64,000 bases of DNA. Source: Camelus ferus. Lineage: Eukaryota. Positions 51,563 through 64,000 of the stretch are shown one piece after another. Each line of letters opens with the position of its first letter. Within the stretch, counting starts at the first letter, position 1. The notes below the pieces were generated by a model. That model worked only from the letters and a program-made list of their open reading frames with translations. It ran no database searches and had not been told where the DNA came from. The position numbers and the translations under genes are program-made. The stretch is taken from the NCBI RefSeq assembly GCF_009834535.1, contig NC_045697.1, positions 115,074,001-115,138,000 on the forward strand, read 5' to 3'.

Positions 51563-52029
51563 ACAGGAAGGGGAATTTGATTCCTGCATCACTCCTTGAG
51601 GGTGGACTAGATTTAGTTACTTGCTTTCAAAAAAATATGTTAGAGAAAGAAGAAAATAGTAACTTTCCAGTGGAGAAACCTGACAAACACTACCTTGAGC
51701 GAGCAGTGACAACCAGTGTCACCAGTAATGTGGGGTGGATATCATGTATGTTTTGATATGATACGACCAGAAAAGCACTGCATCTCTGTTGGATTCTTTT
51801 AAAAATTTCTTCCCAGGAAAATTATAAGAAAAAGATAAGACAAATTCAAATTGAAGGACATTCTACAGGATATTTGGACATTACCCTCAAGTATATCAAA
51901 GTCTGAAACAGAAAGAGGATATTAACCCCATTCCCCCCAAAAGTCTTTGAAATCCAAATAAACTGGATTTTAGGCATCAACAATGTACCAATGTCATTTA
52001 TTAGTTTTGCCACATGTAACATGACTATC

Positions 52030-53680
52030 ATTATGGATTTGTCTATTTTGGAGGGTAGTTTTATGAGTTTTGCTCATGCATTTTGAAACTCTGTTATTAA
52101 GCACATGACTGTAATAGGGAAGAACAAATCTGACTTCATATTAGGTCTGTTCCTTTGTCTCTAACCCTGTGCTGTTTCCTGAGCTCAGTCATGCTAGTCC
52201 TGCACCTTCTGTAAAAGAATGTTGCCTTGAGCCTGAAATATACAGGATAGTCCACACTCAAAGCTCTGACCTTTAAGGGTGTAACATTTTGCCATGAATA
52301 TAAAGATAAAAATTTGCAGAACAGAAAGTAACATTTGCCTTATTGGAGGTTTACATCATAATCTGACCTACATGGACAGCTGCAAGAACAAAGAAGTTTG
52401 CAAGCACTAACCACACCTTCTTCCCTTTTTAGTATGAAAGGAGCCTGAATTCTGACTAGGGGAAGATGGTTCTTCAGGACATTAGTCTGCCACCTTCTTA
52501 GTCTGCTGAATAAAGTTGCTATTTCTTGCCCAGATACCTTATCTCCAAATTTATTGACCTGTGAGCAGAATGAGTTTGGACTCAGTAACATGACCATTTA
52601 AGCTTGTTTTCTCCACCTGTTGAAATGACTTACTTATCATCAGTAAGTCATCTTCTTTATCCCTGGTAACATTCTTCTCTTTGAAATCGACTTTGTCTGA
52701 TTTAGTATAGTTAGTCCAGCTCATCTTTTTATAAGCATTAGCATGATATATGTTTTATAATCTTTTATATTTGACTCACATGAGTTTTGTATTTAAAGTA
52801 TGTTTCCCATAATCTTATACTTTGACCCAATCTGACAATCTTTTCCTTTCACTGTGGCACCTACCCCATTTACTTTCTATTATGTTGTTGACATTTTGGG
52901 GTTTAAGCATCTCACATTCATATATATATTTATTATTCCTATCTATGTTTTGTTCTTCTTTCTTCTTTGTCTATGTTTTGAATAATTAAATATTTTTTAC
53001 TTTTTGATTTTATTTATTTTGTGTTATATTAACTATAATTCTTTGTTTTAGTATTGTAGTTATTGCTTTAGTGTTCACAGTGTAAATTTTTCATTTTTCC
53101 CATTCCACTTTCAAATAAAATTATATAATTTCAGGTTTTGTGTAAGGATCTTAACAAAGTATACTCCAATGTACTCTCTCCCAAACTTTGTGCTATTTTT
53201 GTCATATTTAAAATTTTTTTATATGCTGTAAATGACAGACTGTTTGTTTTTTTAGTGTCAATTATATTTCTAAAACATTTAAATAATTCATAAAATATCT
53301 TCTAAATTAACTGTGTATTTACTCTTTGTTGTCTCCTACTTCCTTTTTTTAGATTTACATTTTACTATGTTATTTTCATTTTCTTGGAGAAAGTCCTTTT
53401 ACGTTTCTGTAGTGCAAGTCTTTTGTTGCTGAATTTTTTTCCACTTTTGGATGTGTGAAAAAGTATTTATTTTGACAATGTTTATGAAACGTATTTCCAC
53501 TGTGTTTACAGTTTTTGGTCACTTTTTTCTCTCAATATTTTAAGATGTATTGCTGTTGTCTTCTTGACATGCTATTTCTGACAGGATATCTACTTTTATC
53601 ATCTGTTTCTCTATCTCCTTCTTTTGATTCCTTTTAAGATTTTCTCTTTGTAATTGCCTGTGAGTAATTTGACTATGAAG
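52030..53680 (-). mobile_element. Old L1 (ORF2 endonuclease start, inter-ORF, ORF1 end), interrupted by a solo LTR
   Basis: tatggatttgtctattt...attttgaaactctgttattaag[LTR]...tctttatccctggtaacattctt...tgacccaatctgacaatct...ttttaagatttttctctttg is antisense L1M. Confidence 0.8.
52110..52590 (+). mobile_element. Solo LTR, ERV1-class, MER41-like
   Basis: TGTAATAGGG...CTCAGTAACA; perfect 4-bp TSD tgac (52106-52109 / 52591-52594); AATAAA 52509-52514; ggaagatggttcttcaggacattagtctgccaccttct...gaataaagttgct is MER41-like. Confidence 0.9.
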
Positions 53681-54299
53681 CAGGTGTGAAGCCCAGTTGA
53701 AGAGACTCTATCCCAGGTGTCCTACTCCAGTGTCCAGGTTGCAGGGGCAGGATCTCTTCAGGGCAAGTTCTTCTCTTGACAAAGTTAGAAGCTGCCACAG
53801 AGATGAATAAACATCCAATGAGTGTTTGGGACTAGCACCCTGTCACTTCTTTGGAGTCACTTGGAAAAGCCCCAAATCAATGAGTGGGGGAAATATTCTT
53901 TTCTCCAGAGGTGGAAGAGAAAATGAAAATTTGGTTGAAAGTATGTTGTCTACTGTGGTCACTCATCAATTATAATGACTTGAGTTTAATGGAGAAATCA
54001 AGGAGAAAGCAGCTTATTTTTCTGAAGAAATAAGAAGTGAAGTTTTCAATAATCAAATTAAATGCACGCAGATGATATATGTGCTTAAATGATGAAATTT
54101 GTTCAATTGACACCAATGAATAATCTTACCGTTTTAAAGTAATATGTTTCAGTAAATATACCTTATATATTGTTAGAAGTAGAATAAATTAAAGATATTT
54201 GGGGAAAATAATCTAGGGAAAAGAATTGGAAAGATCTGAAAGCAAACTGGAGAAATTCACATAATCAACTGAATCATACTAATTGTGAATGAAATAAAG

Positions 54300-54730
54300 G
54301 GCTTCCATGATGTAACATTATGGACACATCCTACGACAACTGCTTGAATGTTTTTCACAATTATTTCCATGCATTAAATCTAATTAAAAAGTTACAATCG
54401 TGTCATTACTGGCTTTCATCTGGACACAGAAATCTGGTTCTATACCTCTAACATTATTTTCTGCATAATTTGTTCAACCAGAAAAACGCCAGCTCATCAT
54501 TCACAGCAGATGACAGAGCCTGTGCCTGTGGCTGCAACATCTCTCAGCCCTGACAGGTCGGAAAATGCGAGGCTATTGACAGAGAAATTGATCTCATTAG
54601 CTTCTCCGCTTGTATGAACATTGATAAACATTTGGGCTATAACAGTTCAATCATGCAGATGGGGTAGCAATCAAGTATCCTAATGTGGCCCCCTCTCTTC
54701 AAAACATCTATTAAATTGTCATTAAGTATT
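54300..54730. promoter_or_regulatory. Candidate enhancer-like unique block (TALE/homeodomain/E-box motif cluster)
   Basis: TGACAG at 54511, 54551 and 54577; CAGATG 54507-54512; ctaattaa ~54380; no recognisable repeat. Function is inferred only. Confidence 0.35.
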
Positions 54731-55541
54731 TCCTGTGGCATTCTTTGTCTAATTCAACAACATATCTACTTCCTGGGACTCACTATTCCTCTGCTGTTTG
54801 CATGACAGTACAAATATTAAAACCAGACAAGCTTTCTCAAATATAAATACAAACAATTTCAGACTTTAAGACACTAGTTCCTTCCCCATAAAAAATTGAG
54901 GGCACAGTTGATCAATAGATATAAAGGATTAAAAAACAGATGATAAGACTCTTGTTCCTTTCTCCATTCTTAAATCTTAGTTGTTTACAAATTGTCTAAA
55001 TGCAGATATTTTCAGCAAAATTATGTAAAGAAAGAAGGTCATTACATTTCTAGAATTAAGTTTTTAAAATATGGAAGTCTTCTTTTTCATGAAGAGAATC
55101 TTAGAGACCCCAAAATATACAGTGATCAAAAATTGTTTTGATACTTGTTTATATTTTAGGACTTTAGATTCTATTGGGATTTTGTAAATAAATAATATAC
55201 CTTTTTTTTTTTACCATACTTAAAAACCTCAAAAATTTGAATTTAATTATATAATATAACAAAACCAAATCTGAATAAAATTCAAATAATTTTTACATAT
55301 TAAATGCAATTGAAAATTAACAAAAAATGAAAAACAGAAAGATATAATTTTGAAATTGAAAAAATCAGTCTAAAGACATATTCAATTAGAGATTAATTAC
55401 AGCTATATTGCATACTATTTGTAATGTGTATATATAAATTCATCTATTAGAAAATAAAGATAAAAATGAGTAATGTAAGCATTCTACCAAAAAAAAAAAA
55501 TGGAAAAAGAACAACAAAACAAATAGATGAAAGTGTGAGTA

Positions 55542-55572
<31 letters not shown>

Positions 55573-56260
55573 CAAGTCCCAGGGATAATTCTTTAAAACA
55601 CATAGTAAAATAAAAACTTAAGTTACACATACTCAAAAAAGGAACAATTATTTAAAAGTGAAGAAACAATATAATAGTATTTATCAATATTTAAACCCCC
55701 AAAGTTTTCAGTTGGAGAAGGTAAAGAGTTGTATATTTTAGTCAGAGTAACTAATTATAAGTTTAATCTTGAATGTGCAAATTCTTAGGAACAAACTATC
55801 AATGGAATAGATAATTTTCTGTCAAAGAGTAAGATTAAACCATTTTTGTTTAGAATGCATAGAATAGAAAGATTTGATATATATATATTTAACTATATGG
55901 GGGAATATTTCCATAAATTGTACAGTGATCTCTTAGCAAATTACTTTGCCTATAATTCCTACAAAATGCCTCTACATAATCCACTACAGGGATTTTATTC
56001 ACTTAGAACTAATAAATAAAATATTAATTAATGAAATAATGCATACATGAAGCAATTAACTAATTATCTAATGTTCATAGAGGGCCAATTCTTTGACAGG
56101 CTTTGAGAGGTGAAAAAAAAATATGGTGTCGAGAAAACACTTGATGGAGGTCATGGAGTGGCAGAAACGTGACTGACAAGCTGAAACTAAGAAGAGGTTT
56201 GTTGGTGAGGATATCCACACCACACCTGGGTGTGACAGAGATGCTATAAATATTCACTTT

Positions 56261-56510
56261 CAAATTTAAATTTATTTTTTATTGAAATACAGGCAGTTAA
56301 CAACGAGTCAATTTCTGGTGTAACGCATAATGCTTCAGTCAGACATATACATGCATGTATTTATTTTCATATTCTTTTTCATTATAAGGTACTACAAGGT
56401 ATTGAATATAGTTCTCTGTGCTGTACAGAAGAAATCTGTTTTACTTTTATCAATTTTGTACATAGTAGTTAATGTTAGCAGTTCTCAAACTCCCAATTTA
56501 TCCCTTCCCA
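56261..56510 (-). mobile_element. Young L1 3' end
   Basis: Antisense 3'UTR (tcaatttctggtgta...attgaatatagttctctgtgctgtacag...ctcaaactcccaatttatcccttccc); TSD tataaatattcacttt (56245-56260) / tagaaatattcatttt (56511-56526). Confidence 0.9.
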
Positions 56511-56564
56511 TAGAAATATTCATTTTTACTACTGAATTTTACAGTGCTTCCTTTTTCTCCCACC

Positions 56565-56790
56565 AGCTTATTTTGTTGATATTAAGACATCAATTATAAA
56601 ATCTATTTGGAAAGGCAAAGGATGCAGAATATCCAAAACAATACTGAAGAAGAACAAAGTTGGAAGACTGACACTGCCTAACTTCAAGATTTGTTAAACC
56701 TACGGTACTTGAGATGGTGTGGTTTTGCTAAAATAATGGAAAATTAGATGAGTAGAACAACATAGGGGACCTAGAAATACCTACAAAATA
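56565..56790 (+). mobile_element. L1 ORF2 internal fragment
   Basis: tggaaaggcaaaggatgcagaatatccaaaacaatactgaagaagaacaaagttggaagactgacactgcctaacttcaag (WKGKGCRISKTILKKNKVGRLTLPNFK). Confidence 0.85.
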
Positions 56791-57099
56791 AATTTTATGC
56801 TTTGTCTGTGACATAGAGCTTAAAATAAGACTTAATCTCTACTTGGTGAGAACTTTTGGTGTCCTTGGCTACATTCATTCTTCCACTTAAAATGGGATAA
56901 ATAAACCATTTTATGCAGTTATGCTTGTTTTAAGTTCTCTCTCACAGGTTTTGATGGCTCTGTGGAATTTCTTCTGAATTTGCTGACTCAATTCCTTAAC
57001 TGAGGAATTGATGGGTTGCATTCCCCACCAATGCAAAAGATTGTCCCTCTTAACTCTTCTCTTTATTAATTGTTTTGATTTAACAGAGGTCAAAATGGC

Positions 57100-57300
57100 A
57101 ATAGTTAACCATTATGAAAGCTTACTAGGTGCTAGGGATAATTCCAAAAGCTGCACACGCATTAGTAATTAACAGTTGCAAAAACCCAGTGGGACAGATG
57201 CTGTCAGTTTTCCCCATTTAACTAAGGAAACTGAGGGGTGGAATATCTGTAACTTATCTGAGGTGGCATAATTGTTCAGGGACAAAGCTGGATTGCTATT
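57100..57300 (-). mobile_element. MIR SINE
   Basis: ccccatttaactaaggaaactgagg...gtaacttatctgaggtggcata is the antisense MIR core. Confidence 0.75.
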
Positions 57301-57433
57301 TACTTTACCACTTTTGATACCTTGACTAATTTAATATGGAGGACAAGTGAGTTTACTGAGGTTAAGGACTCAAGGATGATATGGTAGCATATATATTAAA
57401 AGCATTGTTTATTTACACATTAGAATAGTTGTA

Positions 57434-57460
57434 TATGTGTGTGTGTGTGTGTGTGTGTAT
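57434..57460 (+). repeat. (TG)n microsatellite
   Basis: TG dinucleotide run, read directly. Confidence 0.95.
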
Positions 57461-57904
57461 TCATATACATAAATGTGTCCATATGGAAATGTCACATTTG
57501 GAATATTTGAAGATCTATGGAAATGTGTTTATAATATGTCTCGTGATTTTTAAAAGTCTACATCCGATTGACTAATCTCAGTTCCAGAGTTCCTTTAGAG
57601 ATTTCCAAATACTTCCTTCATAAAAATGCTTTTCATTCAGCAGTTCTCTTCAGATTCCCTAGAATTTCTCGGGTATTCAAAGAGTTTTATCCTCTTCTAA
57701 ATAATAGTTTATTAGATGCTTTTGTAAATATTATGTTACTCTCCAGGGAAGCACATATTCCTGTCATAAGACATAATTAGACTGTATAATGAAGAAAGCT
57801 CAGTTATATATTGCTAAGTGTAGGGAGGAAAAAATGATATCTTTTAGAGGAAAAGAGGAAAATGTAATACTCTGCAGTATTATATGCTTTAGAATGTCCT
57901 ATTC

Positions 57905-58290
57905 TTTTTTTAACATTTTTTATTGATTTATAATCATTTTACAATGTTGTGTCAAATTCCAGTGTTCAGCACAATTTTTCAGTCATACATGGACATATAC
58001 ACACTCATTGTCACATTTTTTTCTCTGTGATCTACCATAACATTTTGTGTATATTTCCCTGTGCTATACAGTATAATCTTGTTTATCTATTCTACAATTT
58101 TGAAATCCCAGTCTATCCCTTCCCACCTTCTGCCCCCCTGGTAACCACAAGTCTGTATTCTCTGTCTATGAGTCTATTTCTGTCCTGTATTTATGCTTTG
58201 TTTTTGTTTATTTGTTTTTGTTTGTTTAGATTCCACATATGAGCAATCTCATATGGTATTTTTCTTTCTCTTTCTGGCTTACTTCACTTA
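57905..58290 (-). mobile_element. Young camelid-type L1 3' end
   Basis: ttttttaacattttttattgatttataatcattttacaatgttgtgtcaaattccagtg...ctggtaaccacaagtctgtattctctgtctatgagtct...tagattccacatatgag...tctggcttacttcactta. No TSD found. Confidence 0.92.
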
Positions 58291-58687
58291 TTGTGAGTTA
58301 ATACTCTTTTACTCTTAAATAGACTTCACTTTTACATATCCCTTAAAATTTTTAAATATGAAGACCAAAACATTTATGATTGCTGTGAACTGAGAACTGA
58401 CCCAGTTCAGAAATATCAAATATATTCTTCTTGATGCAGCAGGGATGACCCAGATAATATCCTAAAGTTCAATTCAGAGCTGTCTTATTTAATAAGAGCT
58501 GACAGTGACTCAAAAATAAGACAGTAGAATTGCTACGCAGAACCCATCCAATAAGTGGGTCCACATTGATGTGGCATCTTTGGGGTGAAAAACTAGCAGA
58601 TTATGTCTTCAAAAGAAGAAATGCCTCCTTATGTGCATGTATTTTTAGATCCATTTATTCAAAGTTTGGATGAAGAGAGATTATTTT

Positions 58688-59156
58688 TGTGCCAACTAAA
58701 AATGGTTGTTTGCCATCTGGTTCCACAAGAATGAGGTCATGAGCCACTGCAGTCGCTGACCCTCAATATACACTGGGAGGAGCTCAGGATGGAATAAGGA
58801 ATGAGGCACTCAGTGCTCTGGAAAAACTGTCAGAACAGACCTTCAGATAGATATTTTCAGAAGAGTTTATGAGCCTAAATTGTTGCATCTCCTCATATTT
58901 AGAAAAGCACTAAAATCATTCATGGAGACATTCGTCCCTCATGACTATCAATAACCTTCTGCCAAAATGTATGTTTGATTGCACGTACCAGCCCTTCATT
59001 AAAAGTCACATATATACTGACCCCCCCCCACCACCACCTCTGCAGAGCACGTCCTCAGAGCTCTCTGGGAGACTGTCTCCTGGGCTGTAGTCCTCAGTAA
59101 GCCCCAAATAAGACTCAACTCACAACTCTCACATTGTGCACATTGTTCAGTGGACA
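58688..59156 (+). mobile_element. Solo LTR, ERV1-class (MER34/MER39-like)
   Basis: TGT...GACA termini; tatttagaaaagcactaaaatcatt; cctcagagctctctgggagactgtctcctgggctgtagtcctcagtaagccccaaataa...aactcacaactctcacattgtgc is a typical U3-R-U5 of this group. TSD unclear. Confidence 0.82.
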
Positions 59157-59976
59157 ATATAAATTTAATTTAAACTAATTACTAGAAAATGTTTCTCTTA
59201 ATTCACTGACTAACCTATCAGTAATAGTATAAAAATGTCTGAATAAAATACACACACACACACACGTTTGAATTACCTCATTATTTAAACATGTATGAAT
59301 TAACTCATTATTTAGTTAAATCCCCAACTTGCATATTTCAGGAAACCCTCAAAATAAACTGAAGTTGTGAAATAAGAATAAGTATTAATACGACCATTTA
59401 ACCATGCAAAACAGAACAGCAACAAAATGCTATTTTTAAGCACTGATATATGTTTAGATAAAGGCCAATTTTATGGAATAAAAGCTGTGAATTCTCTGAT
59501 GTATTTATGAGTTTCATAGCATCAAACAGAGTAACTGTAAAATAGACTGGAAAGATTGCCTCAAACTGGTGTTGAGTTCCAACTAAATCAATTCATAAAA
59601 ATATCAGATTCACCATTAACTATCTATTAAAAAAGAAAGAAAAATATTGTAATAAAACCTGAGGAACTGGTAAATCACATCATCTTTGCATTAAACTTAA
59701 TAGGTTAATTTTTCTCATTTTCTTTTTAGTGACCAGGTCAATCTGGGTAACCTCATGTGACCATTCCTTAAGGATATACTTAATAAACTGTTGTTATATT
59801 TTTGAAAAGTATTTTCCATGAATTTTCATCATTAAAAACTAACACACAGACATATTAGTACTTGCAATCCACTTCTCACCACTGGTATGTTCCCCACAGA
59901 GAACTTTCCACCTCTAACAATCATTGATCAAGAACACCTTTTGTGAATGTTGTTGAATAACCAACACAGAATTAAA

Positions 59977-60199
59977 GGAATAGATTGGGAGTTTGGGATT
60001 TGCAGATACTAACTACTATATATAAAATAGATACACAACAAGGTCCTACTGTATAGCACAGGGAACTATATTCAGTATTTTGCAGTAACTTATAATGAAA
60101 AAGAATATGAAATGGAGTATGTACATATGTATAACTGATTTACTATGCTGTACACCAGAAATTAGTACATTTTAAACCAACTATACTTCAATAAAAATT
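59977..60199 (+). mobile_element. 5'-truncated L1 3' UTR
   Basis: gggagtttgggatttgcagatactaactactatatataaaatagata...aaggtcctactgtatagcacagggaac...tatacttcaataaaa; flanking acagaatt.aa repeats (59966 / 60200). Confidence 0.9.
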
Positions 60200-62844
60200 A
60201 CAGAATTTAATAAGGCTTCTCTAAGACTTTGATACAATAATTAAAAGTATACATTTGAAAGTGATCAATATTGATTCTCCTTAAGATTATTAAATATTGA
60301 TACAAAGTCATCTCTGCAATTTTCAACATTTCACTTATTTTTGTTTTAGGGCTTATTTATCATTTATTTATTTTCTCGTGGCTTTGCTATTTGTGATCAA
60401 AACAGAAAATCCTTTTTTTTTTTAATAATAGCAATGAGAATATATTTTTACTGTTTTAAAAACTTTTCAAATACTTTTAAAAATTAGTAGTTTCTAAAAT
60501 AGATTCAGTATAAGTTGATTATATTTATTCCCTTCATTTTCATCTTTAGGAGAAAGCTGTGTTTAATTATGGAGAAGTGTGTCTAATGTTTCTTTTGTAT
60601 TTTCTCATTCACATTAAACTGTAACACTAATCTTTGTGCCTAATTGGAGAAAAAAGCTCTGAGCCAATTGAGAGAGCAGCGGCAGACATACGAAGATGCT
60701 TTTGAGATGAGTATTTCCATTACTAAATGAAAAATGAAATTAATAGTTTCTGTGGGACAATACAAACTAATTCAGAATGAAGCAAAATGCCGGCAATCCT
60801 GAGGGCTGTACAGGTCTGTGATTAGAGGCAGCTGTTCCTAATTGGGATAGGCCATATCAAATAAATCTCCCGCAATTGTTTATTCTTTCAATCCTAGGTG
60901 ATGACTTTTACCAAGACTAATTATTTTTCCTTACCCAAAATGAATTTCCTGTGGCATTTAGCAAATTCTGATAAGTTTGTCTTCTGAAATGTTGATGAAT
61001 ATTTGATGTGAATTCAAAGCATTATTTGAATATTTCTTCCTGGTCATCCTTAAGGTTCAAAAGCCGTCATACACATCAAATATTCTTTGAACAAAGAATG
61101 ATGTGATAATGAGAGGAAAATGTGCTAACCAAGTGCACAGGATATAATAGTGTTTGTTCCCTGATTTGCATCAAACAAACAAACAAAACAAAACAACAAA
61201 AAACAGGACAATAGGCAGAGTGAAAAGAAACTGCCAGGCATTGGATCAAACGAGTTGGTTGCCTTGCTTACTAAACAATTTAGAGCTTTTCATTACCTCT
61301 TGGTGTATGGTCATATATCATCTCCCATAACTGCTCAAAACTTATTTTGTGATTTATCTGACTAGGTATCAAAGTATCAGACATGTTCTTTCTTTGTTAA
61401 AACACTTAGAGAATGGATGAATCTATTGGACACAAACCATGCTGCAGCTTTTTGAATACGTGATGCAGAGGTTTAACAAACCCACACACCTTACCTACAC
61501 ATCCCCAAAATATCTTACAGGGTTACAGAACAAATCATTCTTCCCAATTTCAATGTCAGATTTAATAACTAAGTAAATTGTCTTATTATTCTGGAAGTGA
61601 AGCAGCTTTCCTTTCAGGCATGATGCACATGGAAAACAGATTTGGGGAAGACAGCTCGGTTGGAGTTTTCATCCTTTTGTATATTTTGTTCATGATCGTC
61701 TGCTTGGTCCCTTGATCTTATCCAATTAGCATCCCCATTTTTGTGAATTTTGCTGTGAAATGTTCGTTTGCAGCAGCTGCTGTATTTTGGATTGTCATTG
61801 CAAATTGCCATTCTCTATACCTTTCCATTTTCAGGTTTATCTGCCAGCTTTCATCAGAATCACTGTTTCTAAGAAAGTTTTAATTAAAATAATTCAGAAA
61901 AATACCCTCCTGTTCAGAGTTTTGGGATTCCACACACGCTTAAATACATGTAAAATGCTTTCAAATATTCAAATCTACACAACCCTTTGGGTTCCTGGTC
62001 CTCCAGCCTTTTAGTCCAAATAAAATCATTCCGGTTTCCAATACAGGTTCTACTGAAAATCTCCCCTGCCATCACCAGTACTTCTCACGCGGCCTGAAGA
62101 CTTGGCTTTGTGTACTATGATCTCTCACCCCGAGTGTCTTTTCCCAGACCTATTTCAATTACTATCTGCCAGAGCTGTCATCTTCCCCTTTTGTTCTGTC
62201 CAGTTGTTTATGTTTCCTTAGCTTTAATTCCTAAAAAAATAATAATAAAAAAAATAATTCAAGTTTATAGCAGTGACACTTCGAAAGCTGAAAGTTTGAG
62301 AGTAACAAGAATGCCGTGGGGAACTAGAGATTAAAGCCCGAATCAGAACAAGGAACAGATTAAATGCCAGCCATTAGCATTCTTCCCAGTTCCGCTTTCA
62401 TCTTTGCCAATTTGTGCTTCTGACCATTCACAATTCTCCCCAAACCAGCTTTTCTACCATTTCCTGGGTATTTCTTCCTCCGAACAGCCATTTCCAAATT
62501 CCCAAAAATGTCTTTCCTGCAGAGTTTTGAGAAGCCAATTCCTATATTCTTTACTATATTATATAAAGTGACATAAGGCTTAAAACTGCTTTATTCCTTT
62601 TATCTTCTTTCCCCACCAATTAAATAACAACAAATAAAAACAAACAAGCAAGTAAAAGCCATTGACTATGTTCATCTAAATTACTCTGAGAAGTGGATCA
62701 CCCTTATGATAATCAATTAAGGTTTAAAATGGAGGGCCCTGGAACTTATACTAGACTGAATTTATTTGAAATCATTGAGATGTTGGCATAGCAATCTGCC
62801 TCTCAATGAGCTGGCAAGGTGATGCTCAAAAAAAATGATATTTA

Positions 62845-62930
62845 CATGTATATATATATGAATCACATTGCTGTACACCTGAAATTAACACAATATTGTA
62901 AATCAACTAGACTTCCATAAAAATAATACA
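62845..62930 (+). mobile_element. Short L1 3' terminus
   Basis: tgaatcacattgctgtacacctgaaattaacacaatattgtaaatcaacta. Confidence 0.8.
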
Positions 62931-63234
62931 CATTTTAAAAAATGTATATGCTTTGACAGTCATTCAAGTGAAAACAAGAGCATTTCTCTCTCTTCTAAGG
63001 ATTAACAATATCCTCCTTAGATCTCTTGTGCAAACAGCAGATAGATTTATGTATTTTTATCTCTTAAATGGTTTCCCTTTTTTTTGAAACATAGAACTCT
63101 AGAAAATAGTTAACATTTTTGAATAATAAGGACATCAAATAATATAAAATTTTTGCTAATCACAATTATGTAAGTGAACTTTTACAATAAAAGTGATACA
63201 ATAATATCTTCGTTACTTGCAATTCACCACATGA

Positions 63235-63340
63235 TATGTAGTCATCACTGGGTGTGTACGTCTATCAAAATTCATCAAATTGTTCATCTAAAATATGTGT
63301 AGTTCACTGTATAGGATTTATACCACAATAAAGGTGTTAA
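63235..63340 (+). mobile_element. Old L1M 3' terminus
   Basis: gggtgtgtacgtctatcaaaattcatcaaattg...aaaatatgtgtagttcactgtata...tataccacaataaag. Confidence 0.7.
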
Positions 63341-64000
63341 GGAGTTTGGATTTGGGTAACATTCTGCTAACGCTCTATGAACAGTTTGCATTTCTCATGG
63401 AGAAATTATATATTTAATATACATTTCATATTTTATTTATAGTTTAAGTAATATAGAATTAATATTAGTTACCCATATTTAGCATGCATACAAAATGGAA
63501 AATCTAATAGTCTCAGCCTGATGCTTGATTTGATTGGGTTTAATAACTGACTGTTACACTTTGTTATACTTTCTGTTGAGAGAATGACAGCACCTTGTTT
63601 TCCTTCCTACTCACTTCCAATTTAATGAAATATAATAAAGTATTTTTCAAAAGAAGAGTACATCCTTGAATAACTATTTTTTTTTTATTCTTCTTATCAT
63701 AGGCATAGAATTCCTTTGAAGTTGACAGCAAAAGATTGTCTTTCTGATGTTCTTTTTAGTCTGGCAATTACTGAACCATTGACTAAGTCTTGTTATAACT
63801 ATTTGCTGAGAGAAAATGGAAATATGATGAGGAAGTGAAACAAAAATAGTATTTTATCATCCATGTGCTTGTCAGTAAGACTTTTTTTTTTATATATATT
63901 GAAAACTCTTTCTTGGCACCTATGTTGCAGTTAATATTTATTATAGAGGTAAAAATACACCAGAGTTTACATCTCAGCCAGTTCCAGGGGAAAGATAAAT

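Larger units (their letters stand above)
45875..52025 (+). mobile_element. L1MD-type 3' UTR split by the ERV (pieces 45875-46148 and 51563-52025)
   Basis: Left piece atggcccaaagctggaacaatttgagcaaca...; right piece ...agtaactttccagtggagaaacctgacaaacactacctt...caaattgaaggacattctaca... are consecutive parts of the L1MD 3'UTR (recalled consensus). Confidence 0.75.

Noticed and set aside
1..64000. CRISPR arrays, operons, rRNA, or non-retroviral endogenous viral genes
   Set aside because: No regularly spaced repeat-spacer array, no long ORFs, and nothing resembling rRNA or borna/filo/parvovirus proteins was seen. The window is mammalian repeat-rich non-coding DNA.

Overview
AT-rich mammalian non-coding genomic DNA, almost certainly from a camelid (camel/llama/alpaca), judged from three Vic-1-type tRNA-derived SINEs and cetartiodactyl-type L1 3' ends. 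I could not support any host protein-coding exon, RNA gene or prokaryotic feature. The ORF-track entries are either decayed L1/ERV fragments or chance ORFs. Roughly half of the window is transposable-element debris. This includes many L1 copies of different ages (several with target-site duplications, TSDs) and a ~5.4 kb two-LTR non-autonomous ERV1-class provirus on the minus strand (46149-51562) nested in an old L1MD-type 3' UTR, with PBS, PPT and a decayed env TM remnant. There are also three solo ERV1-class LTRs, an ERVL LTR16 plus gag relic, and MLT1, MER58, MIR and L2 fragments. The most notable observations are an L1 3'-transduction (920-1113) that carried ~83 bp of unique DNA with its own poly(A) signal, an L1 with both termini and a TSD but no ORF1 (15075-19290), the possibly chimeric provirus interior, and several repeat-free blocks with clustered TALE/homeodomain motifs that look like enhancers. 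Repeat family names come from my recall of consensus sequences, not from a database search. I found no convincing evidence for a wholly new biological system.
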